Part shown: positions 1 to 10,810 of the stretch, piece by piece
Layout of the letters: every line of letters begins with the position of its first letter
Position numbering within the stretch: position 1 is the first letter of the stretch
NCBI GenBank assembly: GCA_963850905.1
Contig: CAWKMU010000003.1
Span: 480,001 to 544,000 of the forward strand
Reading direction: 5' to 3'
Length of the DNA stretch: 64,000 nucleotides
Source: an uncultured Gemmatimonadales bacterium
Lineage (GTDB): Bacteria > Gemmatimonadota > Gemmatimonadetes > Gemmatimonadales > Gemmatimonadaceae
Made by a program: the position numbers and the translations under genes
The notes under the pieces: generated by a model
Seen by the model: the letters and a program-made list of their open reading frames with translations, nothing else
What the model was told of the DNA's origin: nothing
Databases searched by the model: none

Positions 1-911
1 GCGCCAAACTCGTACTGAAGGACCGTCGGCTCCTTCTCGACGTGCAAGGCCGGCGCGGTGGTGCTCCCGTCCAGGAAGAGCTCGTAGGCAATGAGATCTT
101 CCCGTGCCGCTGCCACCGCATAGATCTGGAGCCGGCGCCCCCGACCGCGTACGGACGACCACCACGGGGTCGTCACGCCGTATCCCAAACGACCTTCGGC
201 ACCGAGTTGGGCCCCTGTCAGCACGTTCCCGACCGACGCGCCCGCCTGTGGCACCAGTGACAGGACCGGCACGCCGTCGATCGAGATGTGGGCAGCCTCG
301 AGCGATCGCTCGCCGGCAACCAGCACACCGGGTTGAAACGGAATCTGATGCGCCCATCCCAATGCGCGCGGATATCCAATCAGTTGATGCCATGCCGTCT
401 GGATCTGTCCGGCGAGTGACGGGCTGCCCGTTACGCCGGTTTCGACCGTCACCGCTTCCGACGAGGTCGGCGTCGCGGCTCGCAAGGTCCCCGACGCATA
501 CAGCCAGCCGGCGTAGGGACGGGCGCCGGGCTCCGGCCTGGCGACCTTGGTCGCGCCCGATGGCGTAAACATCTCCTGTCCGATCTGGTATTCCGTCGTC
601 GCGCACGTTTCGCCCACGCGCGCCCCGCCACACGCCGGTAGCCGCAGCCACCACCCCCAGAACGGCGTGCCCTCGGTCACAACGTCGACCGACGCGGTAT
701 TGGTCAACTCGGTGTCGGGCCGCCGTCGCGCGGGCAGCCAGAAATCGAGCTGAGCGTTGCCCTCCTCGATTCGCATGTCGTCCACGACCTGCGCGGACAC
801 CGGGAGTGCGGTCAGCGTCACGAGCGTCGCGATCCACGCAACGCCGATCGAGCGGCCTACGTTCACGCGCCGGAATCCCGACCCTGGATACTGACTTTGC
901 CCATGCCCCAT
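1..911 (-). CDS. Lipid A deacylase LpxR-family (DUF2219-like) outer membrane protein, partial (runs off the left edge)
   Basis: Manually translated minus-strand frame, absent from the ORF track: signal peptide, then GQEMFTP...RPYAGWLY...GVTGSPSLAGQIQTAWHQLIG..GWAHQIP, typical of LpxR-family proteins. Start uncertain (ATG 911 or GTG 866). Confidence 0.75.
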   Translation of the reverse strand, partial: MGHGQSQYPGSGFRRVNVGRSIGVAWIATLVTLTALPVSAQVVDDMRIEEGNAQLDFWLPARRRPDTELTNTASVDVVTEGTPFWGWWLRLPACGGARVGETCATTEYQIGQEMFTPSGATKVARPEPGARPYAGWLYASGTLRAATPTSSEAVTVETGVTGSPSLAGQIQTAWHQLIGYPRALGWAHQIPFQPGVLVAGERSLEAAHISIDGVPVLSLVPQAGASVGNVLTGAQLGAEGRLGYGVTTPWWSSVRGRGRRLQIYAVAAAREDLIAYELFLDGSTTAPALHVEKEPTVLQYEFG

Positions 912-1032
912 AATGACGACCAGTGCCGGTCCATCGCACGTGGTTCCCTAATCCCTCATCCCCGAGCCCGCCCGTCGCCAGCTCGCTCCGTTCTCCCTGC
1001 CCCGCCCCCTCTCTACGGCCGCGAAGCGGCCG

Positions 1033-3894
1033 TCACGTGCCCCCGGCGGGGGCCTTCATGAGTGTTGGGAACGTCCACGCGTAGTGATGGCCCGGATTCA
1101 TGATTGGACGGCGCGTCGCCGCGTACGCGTCCCACTGCGAGTTGCCGTATTCAGCCGACATCGCCTCGAACAAATCGTAGCCCCACGTCTCGCGCGGCCC
1201 GGGCACTTTCGGATTGGCGCCGTACGGCCACGCCGAGGGATTCTGTAGCGCGTTGAAGAGGTAGCTCAGCGCTTTCTGTACGCGCGCGCCGCGCGGCGTC
1301 GAAGGATCGAACAGGTTCGGACCACCCGTGTTGCGCACCACGTTGAGCGCCGCGGTCAGCGGATCCAGCGCGAAGTACGTGTACCAGATCCCTCCCGCTG
1401 CACGCGCGATCTCCTCGGGCATCTGCCCGTCCGGCGCGATCGATGAATCGATGTGCCGCTCGAGTCGCACGGTCTCATCGGACACACCAGCCGCGTCGCC
1501 GAGGTAGTCGTACGCCGTCACCGCACCAAAGCTGCCCCAGTCTCCCCAGTTGTTCTTTCGATCTTTGATGGGATTGACCGCTTGCGCGAGATAGACCGAT
1601 CTGACCCACTGCTTGAAAGCCTGCTGGTCTCCGGCGGCCCACCCGGGATAGTTCGAGAGCAACTCGGCGGCGATGATGAAGCCGACCCCAACTTCGGCCA
1701 TCGACAGCTGGCCATCGTAACCAGTGACACCGGTGTTGGTGTGCGCCCACGCGTTCAAGAGGCGCGCTGCGGCGTCGGCATCCTGCGGTCCGTCGCCCAG
1801 CCGATATGCGAGCGCCAGCACGTATGCGGCGTCCGCGTCCCCGGTGATGCCGCCGGTCGCGGCAAAGAATCCCTTCTGATCCTGGTAGTAGCCCGGCACG
1901 TTGTACACAGCCATAGGGTGCGGCTCACGACTGTGTACCCGGCCGACTGACGCTCGAAGCTGGTCATACGCGTCCGCCCATGGCTGGGCGTGTGCTTGGA
2001 TCTTTCCGGTCACGAACGCGATCTGCGCGGGCGTGTAGAACCCGCCGGGTCCCGCACTGTGCGTCCGAACCCGCGACCGGTAGGGGCGACGCATTGCGTC
2101 GCCCGTTGTTGTCGTTCCCTGATCCCTGACCCCTGACGGGTGATAGGAGGCAAACTGGATCATCCCCGACTCGTGCATTGGTCGGGGATCGTGGGATTCG
2201 GACGTTGTCGGCGCGCGGGCACCAAGTGCGGCGTGCACGCGATAGAGCGCGACCATGCGACGCTCCGTCACGAGCTCAGCGTGCGGAGCCACCGCTGCAC
2301 GAGCGGCGGTGTCCGAGCCCGCAACGATCACGTAGTCGTAGTCGGCATCGATCCGCTGCCAATCCAGCGAATCGAGCGGGAACGGGTCCTGCGCACCCCA
2401 TCGCTCATCGGGGTAGTACGACACGACGGGCTCCCGAAAATGCCCGAAAAACTTGTGCGTCAACGCGGGCGGATTCGTCGAGTACCGATCCTCCTCGGCC
2501 AGCAACCCCGGCACACGTCCCCCGGCATCGATCGTGTGCCAGAGCGCAAAGTGGCGAAGTGGGTCGAGCCGACCATAGCGCTCACGGTCCGCCACGATGG
2601 GCAAGAGCCGCGCAGTAGGTGGCACTGCATCGATGACCGCCCGGTATGCGCGCAGATCGGCATCGAGCTGCTGCGTTTCGTGCCGGACGACACCAAGGTG
2701 GAGCAGCGTCGCGATACACGGCACCGCGAGCCACGCGCGCTGCGAGCGCACCGGGCCGGTCGCCGTCGCGCAGAATGGCAGCACGAGCGCCGGCAGCAGC
2801 CACCGCATGTCGACAAATCCGGCGCCGTCCACCCGATAGGGGAACACGAGGAAGAGGAACACGAACACCGCCGCCGACGCCAACATCGCGTCGAGCCGCA
2901 GCGTGCGCCGATTGACGCCAATGAACGCCGCAACCGATGCGACATAGCCAGCACCCATGAGCGCCATCTGCGGATACGAGAACGAATAGAAGGGGCTCGC
3001 GAGGTTGGCGAGCTTGTTGGGGATCGACCGAAAATCCGGCGGCACGTGCGCCAGCGGTGGCTCCGGCCCGAGCGAGCGATACCAGACCAGATACATCACA
3101 CCGACCACCGCCGTCGACGCAACGAGCATCACCAATCGCGCGTCGAGCAACTCGCGGGCGCGTGCGAGCAGTGAAGTTGTTCCCTGACCCGCGACCCCTG
3201 ACCCCTGACCCCTGCTGTCGATGAGCCCCACCAAGTATGTCACCCCCAGCACGACCAACACGGTCATCGCGCCCGCCAGGTGCACGAGGAACACACCAGC
3301 AAGAGCCAGCAGCAACGGAAGACGCGCCCGCCACTGCGTCGCGTCGCGCCGCGGCCACCACGCGGCGAGCCAAAACAGCGCAACACCAATCCCTGCGACG
3401 AAATTGAAGAAGCCGATCAGCAGGTAGAAGCTCAGACTGCAGAGGACGCCGACGAGCGCCCAACCGCGTCGCTGTGGGCAGGTGGCACGCAGCAACATGT
3501 ACATGCCCGCCGGGACCACGACGACGAGCAGACAGGCCATCGCGCGCAATCCCATGGCTGGCCCCATCAGGTGGACCAACATCACACCCAACACATCGAG
3601 CGCGATGTAGGGCGTGGGAATGAACCGGACCTGCACGAAAGGCGCGGGCGTTCCAAACCAGGCACGGTCCATGAGGACATACCGGGCCAGGTTGTTGGTT
3701 GCGTCGTGGTAGGGGAAATAGGCCGCGCCACACACGACGACGAGGGTCGCCAGCAAGGCGAGGCCAACGAGCCATTCCTCCAGGAACCGGAGGCGCGACA
3801 CCCTGCGGGGAAACGCCTGGGTGCCGGGCGCCATATGGAGCGCCCTAACGGGGTCGGCCGTTGTCTGGACCATGAATTGCACCCGAGTTTGCAT
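1033..3894 (-). CDS. Multi-pass membrane protein (GT-C-like) fused to a C-terminal alginate-lyase-like domain
   Basis: 953 aa ORF. About 550 aa of hydrophobic helices (YHDATNNLARY, GFFNF), a low-complexity linker, then a soluble domain with AARLLNAWA...NNWGDWG...GQMPEEIAR...YTYFAL resembling the Alginate_lyase family. Confidence 0.65.
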   Translation of the reverse strand: MQTRVQFMVQTTADPVRALHMAPGTQAFPRRVSRLRFLEEWLVGLALLATLVVVCGAAYFPYHDATNNLARYVLMDRAWFGTPAPFVQVRFIPTPYIALDVLGVMLVHLMGPAMGLRAMACLLVVVVPAGMYMLLRATCPQRRGWALVGVLCSLSFYLLIGFFNFVAGIGVALFWLAAWWPRRDATQWRARLPLLLALAGVFLVHLAGAMTVLVVLGVTYLVGLIDSRGQGSGVAGQGTTSLLARARELLDARLVMLVASTAVVGVMYLVWYRSLGPEPPLAHVPPDFRSIPNKLANLASPFYSFSYPQMALMGAGYVASVAAFIGVNRRTLRLDAMLASAAVFVFLFLVFPYRVDGAGFVDMRWLLPALVLPFCATATGPVRSQRAWLAVPCIATLLHLGVVRHETQQLDADLRAYRAVIDAVPPTARLLPIVADRERYGRLDPLRHFALWHTIDAGGRVPGLLAEEDRYSTNPPALTHKFFGHFREPVVSYYPDERWGAQDPFPLDSLDWQRIDADYDYVIVAGSDTAARAAVAPHAELVTERRMVALYRVHAALGARAPTTSESHDPRPMHESGMIQFASYHPSGVRDQGTTTTGDAMRRPYRSRVRTHSAGPGGFYTPAQIAFVTGKIQAHAQPWADAYDQLRASVGRVHSREPHPMAVYNVPGYYQDQKGFFAATGGITGDADAAYVLALAYRLGDGPQDADAAARLLNAWAHTNTGVTGYDGQLSMAEVGVGFIIAAELLSNYPGWAAGDQQAFKQWVRSVYLAQAVNPIKDRKNNWGDWGSFGAVTAYDYLGDAAGVSDETVRLERHIDSSIAPDGQMPEEIARAAGGIWYTYFALDPLTAALNVVRNTGGPNLFDPSTPRGARVQKALSYLFNALQNPSAWPYGANPKVPGPRETWGYDLFEAMSAEYGNSQWDAYAATRRPIMNPGHHYAWTFPTLMKAPAGGT
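2080..2137 (+). repeat. GTAG-REP hairpin with GTT tract and CCCTGA heptamers (inside a CDS)
   Basis: GTAGGGGCGACGCATTGCGTCGCCC-GTTGTTGTCGTT-CCCTGATCCCTGACCCCTGAC. Confidence 0.9.
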
Positions 3895-4044
3895 CGCGAA
3901 ATGCGCGCCAGGAAATGCCGGATCGATCTGGTGGCACCGCTAATTGATATCGGTGTTCCAGGGTCGACTGCGTCCACTCCACAGGCCAGGAGGCTTTGAC
4001 TGAAGGCACGACGGGATGTCGAATCGGCAGGAACGGCGAGTCGG

Positions 4045-5695
4045 GTGGCACACCGAGGGGTGTTGGCGGCCGTCGCCGCTCTCACCATCGTCGGCGCCGG
4101 GCTGCGCCTCTACCGGCTCGGGCATCAGAGCCTCTGGAATGACGAGATCGTTACCTACATCAGCGCGTACGGCACGCCATGGCGTGTGGTCACCCAGCGT
4201 GTAGAGAACAGCAACATCCCGCCCCTGTACTACCTTGTGGCCAACGCGAGTCTCTCCCTGGGGACGCACGCCCCTCCGGACATTCGAGACTGCGCTGCGC
4301 GCGCCGTCAGTGCTCGTCGGCGTGCTCACGATCCCTCTGTTGTTTCTCGTGGTCCGCACCTGGTTGGGCACGCGTGTCGCGCTGGCAGCCGCTGCGTGCA
4401 TTGCCGTCTCACCCTTCCATGTCTGGTACAGCCAGGAAGCTCGGCCATATGCGCCCCTGCTCGCCCTCTCCTTGATTGCCGTGGCCTGCATACAGCGCGC
4501 GATTCGCCATCCCAGCTCGTACTGGTGGAAGGCAGCCACGGCGCTCGCGCTGGCCGCGACGCTTTACTGCCATACCGTGGGGCTGGCATTCGTGCTGTTC
4601 GCCGCCGCGTACGTGGCATCCGAGTTGTGGCGATGGGCCCCGGCGCGCTCCTCACTGCCCGACGAACCGCCGGTAGGGGCGACGCATTGCGTCGCCCTCT
4701 CGCACCGTCCGCAATACTCCATTGACGAAAGGGATCGAGCGCGACGCATCGCCTTCGACACCCAGCGTCGCGCCTGGATCGCGACGTTCCTCGGGGTCGC
4801 GGTGCTGTGCATCCCCGCGGTCTACCGGCTCCTGTCCTTCCCCCCCACGAATTCAGCGGACGCGGAACGGGCCCTGTCACCCCTGCAGCTCGGCTACACG
4901 CTGTGGAGTTTCGTCGTGGGCTACTCCTTCGGGCCAAGCCTCGGCGAGCTGCACGCCGCGGATCGGCACGCGGTGCTCGCGCAGTATGCGGTAGCCGTTG
5001 TGCCCGTCGCGCTGCTGCTCGGCGGCCTGATGATCTGGGGTGCGCTCACGCTCGCGCGCCGCAACGCGCGTGTGGCACGGCTGGTGACGCTCTGGTTTCT
5101 CTTCCCGCTGCTATTCGTGGTCGCTGGCGCACTGGTCACCGTACACCCGTTCAACGTTCGCTACGCCGTGCTCTCCTTCATCCCCGTGATCATCGTGCTC
5201 GCCATGGGTCTCGATGCGTTGCCTCGCGGCGGCGTGCGCCTCGCGGGGTGGGCCGGTCTGCTCGCATTGAGCGCCGTGTCGCTGCACGGGTACTACGTCG
5301 ATCCCAAATATGCGCGCGACGACAACCGCGGCGCGGGGCAGTTCTTCACGACACACGCCGGCAGCAGTGAGGTCGTCGTGGCCCATCGCGCCTTCACCGC
5401 AAAGGACTTTCGGTTCTATGCGCCTCCCGGGACGACCATCATTCCGTATCCCGCAGGCGACCGGTCCATTACCTCGGCGGATGTCGGGGGCGATCTCCAG
5501 AGACTCGTGCACGACGCGCCCCGCTTCTGGATGTTTCTCAGTCGATCGACACCCGATGAAATCACACCGCTCCTCGACTACTGCGACCACCACTATCACC
5601 GCGATGCCGCAGCGTCGTTTCGATCGACGGGAGTCGAGTTGATCGCGTGCGTGCGCGAGCCTGCACCGCTCACCACCACCATCGGCAACCCGTGA
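4045..5695 (+). pseudogene. GT39/PMT-like membrane glycosyltransferase with one frameshift near 4260-4285 (real or sequencing error)
   Basis: ORF 4045 gives LRLYRLGHQSLWNDE...PPLYY; ORF 4235..5695 continues LRAPSVLVGVLTIP...SPFHVWYSQEARPYA in another frame. Confidence 0.75.
4673..4697 (+). repeat. GTAG-REP hairpin (inside a CDS)
   Basis: Exact GTAGGGGCGACGCATTGCGTCGCCC. Confidence 0.9.
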
Positions 5696-6909
5696 CGGAC
5701 TCCAGCACCAGCCGACAGGTCGGGATCTTTCGGCTCCGGTACCCGGTCGTCTCGGAGACGTTCATCCGTGAGCAGGCGCGCTCCCTCGCGCGTTACCAGC
5801 CGACGATCATCACGCGATCAAGAATGATCGACAGCGGTGAGCCCACCGGCATGATGACCGTCGGCGGCCATCTCCCATCCGGTGCGATGCGCATGGCGCG
5901 GGCAATGTACGTCGCCACCGCGTCGCCCTGGCTGTTCGGTCCGCGACGCACCTGGCCGCCGATCACCCTCCTGCATGCTCACTTTGGTCCAGACGCCACG
6001 TACGCGCTCCCGCTGGCCGAGCGCCTCGGCGTTCCGCTCATCACGACATTTCACGGGTGGGATATCACCTTGCCGCGATCGTCGTATCTCACCCGCGCAA
6101 GCCTGACGACCTGGCGCTACGTCGCGCGGAGCGCCGCGCTCCGCCGCCACGGAACGACGTTCATCGCGGTGTCGGATTACATCCGGGACTGCCTCCTCGC
6201 ACAGGGATACCCAGCCGATCGTGTCGTCCGCCTCTACGTGGGAGTCGATATCGAACGGTTCCAGCCGCTGCCGAAGCGCGGGGCCGTGCGTTTCGTGCTG
6301 TCGGTCGCGCGGCACACGGAGCAAAAGGGGGTCGGCACGCTCATCCGTGGGTTTGCCCGTCTCGCCGGCACGTGTCCCGATGTGGACCTGATCCAGGTGG
6401 GCACGGGCCCCCTGACGGCGGACTTGAAGCGCATCGCCGCGGAGCACGGTGTCGGTCACCGCGTGCAATTCGTCGGAGCACTGTCACACGACGCCGTCCG
6501 CGCGCTCATGGTCCGTGCGACGGTCGTGGCCCTGACGAGTCAAACGCCCGCCAACGGCCAGCAGGAAGCCCTGGGACTCGTCCTCAACGAAGCCGGAGCG
6601 TGCGGCGTGCCGGTCGTCGCCACGCGACACGGTGGGATGCCGGAGGCGGTCATCCACGGCGAGACCGGCCTGTTGGTGCCGGAAGGCGATGAGATGGCCG
6701 TCGGCGAGGCGCTGCTGACCATCATGAGCGACTCCAGCCTCGCGGCCCGCATGGGTGCGCGAGGCCGCACCCTCGTCTCCGACGTCTTCAACGTGCGGAC
6801 ACAGACGGCAGCGCTGGAAGATCTCTACGATCGAGTGACAGGGTCGAGTCTCGCGCAAAACATTGTGCAACGTGATCCGCGAGACGGAGCGCAACAGCGA
6901 GTATCGTGA
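5692..6909 (+). CDS. Glycosyltransferase family 4
   Basis: SETFI, HAHFG, QEALGLVLNEAGACGVPVVATRHGGMPE motifs; GTG start overlaps the upstream TGA. Confidence 0.9.
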   Translation: MTDSSTSRQVGIFRLRYPVVSETFIREQARSLARYQPTIITRSRMIDSGEPTGMMTVGGHLPSGAMRMARAMYVATASPWLFGPRRTWPPITLLHAHFGPDATYALPLAERLGVPLITTFHGWDITLPRSSYLTRASLTTWRYVARSAALRRHGTTFIAVSDYIRDCLLAQGYPADRVVRLYVGVDIERFQPLPKRGAVRFVLSVARHTEQKGVGTLIRGFARLAGTCPDVDLIQVGTGPLTADLKRIAAEHGVGHRVQFVGALSHDAVRALMVRATVVALTSQTPANGQQEALGLVLNEAGACGVPVVATRHGGMPEAVIHGETGLLVPEGDEMAVGEALLTIMSDSSLAARMGARGRTLVSDVFNVRTQTAALEDLYDRVTGSSLAQNIVQRDPRDGAQQRVS

Positions 6910-8451
6910 TGGTCGGGTTCGCGTATCCACCAGTTGGAAAGACGGAACTGCCCGTCACGTAGAGATTGGGGACCGAGTGGACGCGGCCATTCGCATCGAC
7001 GACCCCCTGTCGCGGATCGCGGTGCATCCGCGTCGTGCCCATATGATGCCAACTCCCCGTGATGCGCGCAGCCCACGCGCCGACTGGGTCGTCGGGAAGA
7101 TGCACCGTGCCGATACCCGCCCGAGCCAGCACGGCGCCGATCGCCTCGAGATTGGCCGTCATGCTCTCGAGATCACGGGGATTGACGCGCCAGTCGAGCG
7201 CGACGCGTGGCATCCCGAGCTCGTCCTGTGTGCGCTCGATCATGACGCGGCTCTCGCGCCATGGCGTTTGCTCCCCGCGCCCCATGATCTCGTACACGTT
7301 TCGGCCGGGCCCGACGGGCAGGCCATACCAGGTCAGCAGGCCCGTTTCACGAATGTCGCGGACGGCCTTGTCGATCACCCGGAGCGCGAATCCGACACCC
7401 CCGGCCCGCGCAATGGACGCGGCGTGCAAGCCCCATGGGTGCCGCCGTTTCGCCTGACGCCGAAGCGTAGCGGCGACCGAGCGCCGGTTTGGCGGCAAGA
7501 GGGCGGCGCTGAAGCCGGCGAGTCCGCGCTCACGCCGAGCGTCCGGGCTGAGGGTGAATGCGCCCAACGGACGTCTGACACTGCGCCGACCCTCGATGTA
7601 GAACGAGAGGTTCGCATCGCAGTCCGTCGGCATGAAGCACCCGAGTCGCACGTGCAAGTGCTCCATGAAGTACCGCCCAACGAGATCGTGCTCATTGCCC
7701 AATCCCGCCGACCGCGTGGCGTGTGACGCCAGGAGAAGGCGGGCATTCTCAATGCCGCCGGCGGCGAGGATGAATCGTCGGGCTTCGACCCGGAAGCCAG
7801 TGCCCTTGAGTGTTCGCACTACGGCGGCGGTGACCGGCCCACCGTGCACGCCCCCCTCCAGGCGCACGACGTTCGCGGACAGCACCACGTGCGTATTCTC
7901 CGCCGCCGCCAGGTCCTGACGGTACGCCTGACCGAACCGAGTCGGTGGACTGAACTGATACACGATGGTGCGGAGCGCCGGATCGGAGACCGACACCCGT
8001 GGTCGACGCGGGAGCGGGGGGCCGCGATCGACCTCGTCCTCACTGACGGCGAGGTGGCAGAGCATCCGCGCTTCGCGATAGTAGGGCGTGAGATCACGCT
8101 GTGAATGGGCCACCCGCTGTCAGGCACCCACTCGCGTTGCCGGAAATCGTCATCGTCCAGGGAACGGCACCACCCGCCCCAGCGCTGCGTGCTCCCACCG
8201 AATGTTCGAACGCGACACCCGTCGAGCGGGAAGTATTCGCGTCCGACGTTGCGCCCTTGATAGAGGGCCTGTGTGGCCCGGTGCGGCTGGAACGATCCGC
8301 TCTCGAGCAACACGATCTGCAGGGGGCGTCCGCCAGGCCTCGTGTCCTGCAGGACGCGCGCGATCGAAATGCCAGCGGCACCGGCGCCGACGATGCAGAC
8401 GTCGGCCCGCACCGTATCGCCCTCCGGGAATGCCCACGCGTCGATCAGCAT
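6788..8451 (-). pseudogene. GMC-family FAD oxidoreductase with a frameshift near 8100
   Basis: N-terminal DVCIVGAGAAG and GGSTQRWGG in ORF 7819..8451; C-terminal LAAGGIENARLLL, GRYFMEH, HHMGTTRM, NPTITI in ORF 6788..8113. Confidence 0.8.
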
Positions 8452-8471
8452 CGTCGCCTGAAAGGCCCGTC

Positions 8472-9974
8472 TTATGACGGCGTGAGCGCGCCCGTACGCG
8501 AGTCGTCGGGCGCTGCCGTCCTGAGCGCGAGATGCGCGAGGAGGACCATGATGAGGAGCGTGCTGAAGTGGGCCTCCGGAATGGCCTCCGCCAGCAGGTT
8601 GGTCATGTACCAGATCATCATCGCCACGACAAACAGCGCCAGCGCCGTGCGCGCATGACGGTACCGTTTGATGGCGGTTATCAATCCACCGAACAACACG
8701 AGCACGAAGAGACTCGCGCCGACCCAGCCCACATTGAGCAGCGTCTCAATGTACCCGGAATGGGATTGCGTGATGACCCACCCGCGCCGCAGAGAGACCT
8801 CGGCAATGTGCTGGGGCGTCCAGAACGAGTCGAAGCCGTACCCGAGCCATGGGCGCGCCGAAGCGAAATACAACAGATCTTCCCACAGGAGCGTCCGCCC
8901 GCTGAGCGTTGCCGGATCATCGCTCTGGGCCGACCGGCCGAGCAGGGCAGCGCTGTGCGCATGGGTGACTGTATCCGGCAGGAACACGACGACGGCGAAG
9001 ATGAGTGCGATTACGCCGATACCCATGACCACCAACCGGTGTCGCTTCACGGTGAAGGTCCCGGCCACCGCGCCCACCAACATGACCGCCACGAGCGCGG
9101 TCCGCGATTTCGTGAGCAACAGCATGCCCAGCCCGAAGACGAGCAGTCCCGCGAGCAGCAAGCGGTGGCCACGGCCCATGCGCAGCGCGGTGGCCGTTGC
9201 GATCACGAGACATGCGGCTTCAATGCCGTGCAGGTTGGGGTTGGCGAAGCCGACAAAGCGATAGTCGGATGCGAACGGCTGCAGGTCCCCGCGGGCGAGT
9301 GCACCACCAATGCCGAGCACCAGCGACGTGGTGCTCGCGAAGATGGAGAAATAGAGCAGTTCACGCAGCGACCACGCTTGCGCGAGCGCGTACGCCGTGA
9401 ACGCGAGGACGAGAAACACCACCGCCCGCTTGGCAGCGAGGGCGGCGTCGTCTGCCCACATCACGCTCACGGTCGCGAGACCCGTGTACGCGATCAGCAC
9501 CAGGAGTAGTACGCGACTCCCGCGTGACGGTGGCACAGCGCCCGGCGTCGAGCGAAGCAGCCGAAGCACCGGAGTCGAGATCTGCCCCATCCAAGGAGGC
9601 GCGATGACGCCCGGCGCGATGTCGGACCGCGCCCAGGCAACCGTGGCCTGACGGCGTCGCCGGCGTGCCGCACTCAACGTCAGCGCGGCGAAGCCGGCGA
9701 GCAACACCACCGCCGCCTGTCGTGTGCGAGTCCCTTCCTGGACGCCAGAAGCGGCCGCCGCCGCGGACGCCCCGACGGCGGCATCATCGCCGGTCGCGGC
9801 CGCAGGATGCAGCGAGTACGGTCCCATGAACGCGAAGAGCAGCACCAGAATCGGATAGGCCAGCCACGCACGCGCCGCACGCGACGACCCGCGCGGCTGC
9901 GCGCCCGATGGTTCGAGCACGAGCGGCCGAGTCGCGCCGGCCGTGCGATCGACTGTCCACTTTGCGCCGGTCAT
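8472..9974 (-). CDS. O-antigen ligase / Wzy-like polysaccharide polymerase
   Basis: Multiple TM helices; TKSRTA, TLSGRTLLW, GYGFDSFW, HSGYIE motifs; ATGA overlap with the upstream gene. Confidence 0.85.
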   Translation of the reverse strand: MTGAKWTVDRTAGATRPLVLEPSGAQPRGSSRAARAWLAYPILVLLFAFMGPYSLHPAAATGDDAAVGASAAAAASGVQEGTRTRQAAVVLLAGFAALTLSAARRRRRQATVAWARSDIAPGVIAPPWMGQISTPVLRLLRSTPGAVPPSRGSRVLLLVLIAYTGLATVSVMWADDAALAAKRAVVFLVLAFTAYALAQAWSLRELLYFSIFASTTSLVLGIGGALARGDLQPFASDYRFVGFANPNLHGIEAACLVIATATALRMGRGHRLLLAGLLVFGLGMLLLTKSRTALVAVMLVGAVAGTFTVKRHRLVVMGIGVIALIFAVVVFLPDTVTHAHSAALLGRSAQSDDPATLSGRTLLWEDLLYFASARPWLGYGFDSFWTPQHIAEVSLRRGWVITQSHSGYIETLLNVGWVGASLFVLVLFGGLITAIKRYRHARTALALFVVAMMIWYMTNLLAEAIPEAHFSTLLIMVLLAHLALRTAAPDDSRTGALTPS

Positions 9975-10810
9975 CGGCGACCTCCCTGATGGCGCCCGAC
10001 GCGCTCGGCCACCACCATCCCCAACACATGCCACGGCTCAATGAGATAGCGGCGCCACAACCGCGTGGGCTCCGCGGCGAGGCGCCATGCCCACTCGAAC
10101 CCCACCGCAGCCGCCGCGCGCGGCGGCGTCGGCACGACACCCGCGACGTAATCCATCGCCGCGCCTGCCATGAGGACCGCGTTGGCTCGAAGCGCCGATC
10201 GATGATCGTGTACCCAATGCTCCTGCCGCGGCATCCCCATCCCCACCACCAGCACCTGCGGATCAAACTGCCCGATCTGGTCGAGCACCGCCGCGGAATC
10301 CGCGCTGCCCGGCGCATGATCGAAGTACCCATGCGCACCGGCAATCAGGAGTCCGGGATGACGTACCCGCAGCCGCGCGGCTGCCCGATCGAACACACCA
10401 GGCCGCCCTCCGACCGAAAAGACACGCCAGCCGTGCGTGGCAGCTTCCTGCATCAGTGGCCCGAACCAGTCCACATACGTGACTCGGTGCGTTCGAGTGA
10501 GCGGCACACCAAGCAATCGGGCCAGCGCAATGATGGACATCCCGTCGGCGTGCGTCACTTCGGCCCGTTCATGAAACGCGCGCAGCTTGGCGTCACGCCC
10601 GCACAGGTAGAGGCTGTGCAGATTGTGGTTCGCAACCACAATGTGCTCGTTGCTGGCAACCGCCTGCGCCACGCGTGCGGTGAGACTCGCCATATCGTAG
10701 GCGCCAATCCGCAGCCCGAGAAACTCGTGCACCGGCACAGCCGTTCCCCGACCCCTGTCGTCTGACCCCAGACCCCAAACCCCAGACCCCAAACCCCTGT
10801 TTTTCATCAT
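9971..10810 (-). CDS. WecB/TagA/CpsF-family glycosyltransferase (GT26)
   Basis: HADGM, HGYF, VGMGMPRQEHW, GFEWAWRLAAEPTRLWRRY; ATG at 10810 overlaps the upstream stop. Confidence 0.9.
   Translation of the reverse strand: MMKNRGLGSGVWGLGSDDRGRGTAVPVHEFLGLRIGAYDMASLTARVAQAVASNEHIVVANHNLHSLYLCGRDAKLRAFHERAEVTHADGMSIIALARLLGVPLTRTHRVTYVDWFGPLMQEAATHGWRVFSVGGRPGVFDRAAARLRVRHPGLLIAGAHGYFDHAPGSADSAAVLDQIGQFDPQVLVVGMGMPRQEHWVHDHRSALRANAVLMAGAAMDYVAGVVPTPPRAAAAVGFEWAWRLAAEPTRLWRRYLIEPWHVLGMVVAERVGRHQGGRR
10750..10799 (+). repeat. Heptamer tandem repeat (CCCCAGA/CCCCAAA)
   Basis: GACCCCAGACCCCAAACCCCAGACCCCAAACCCC. Confidence 0.8.
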
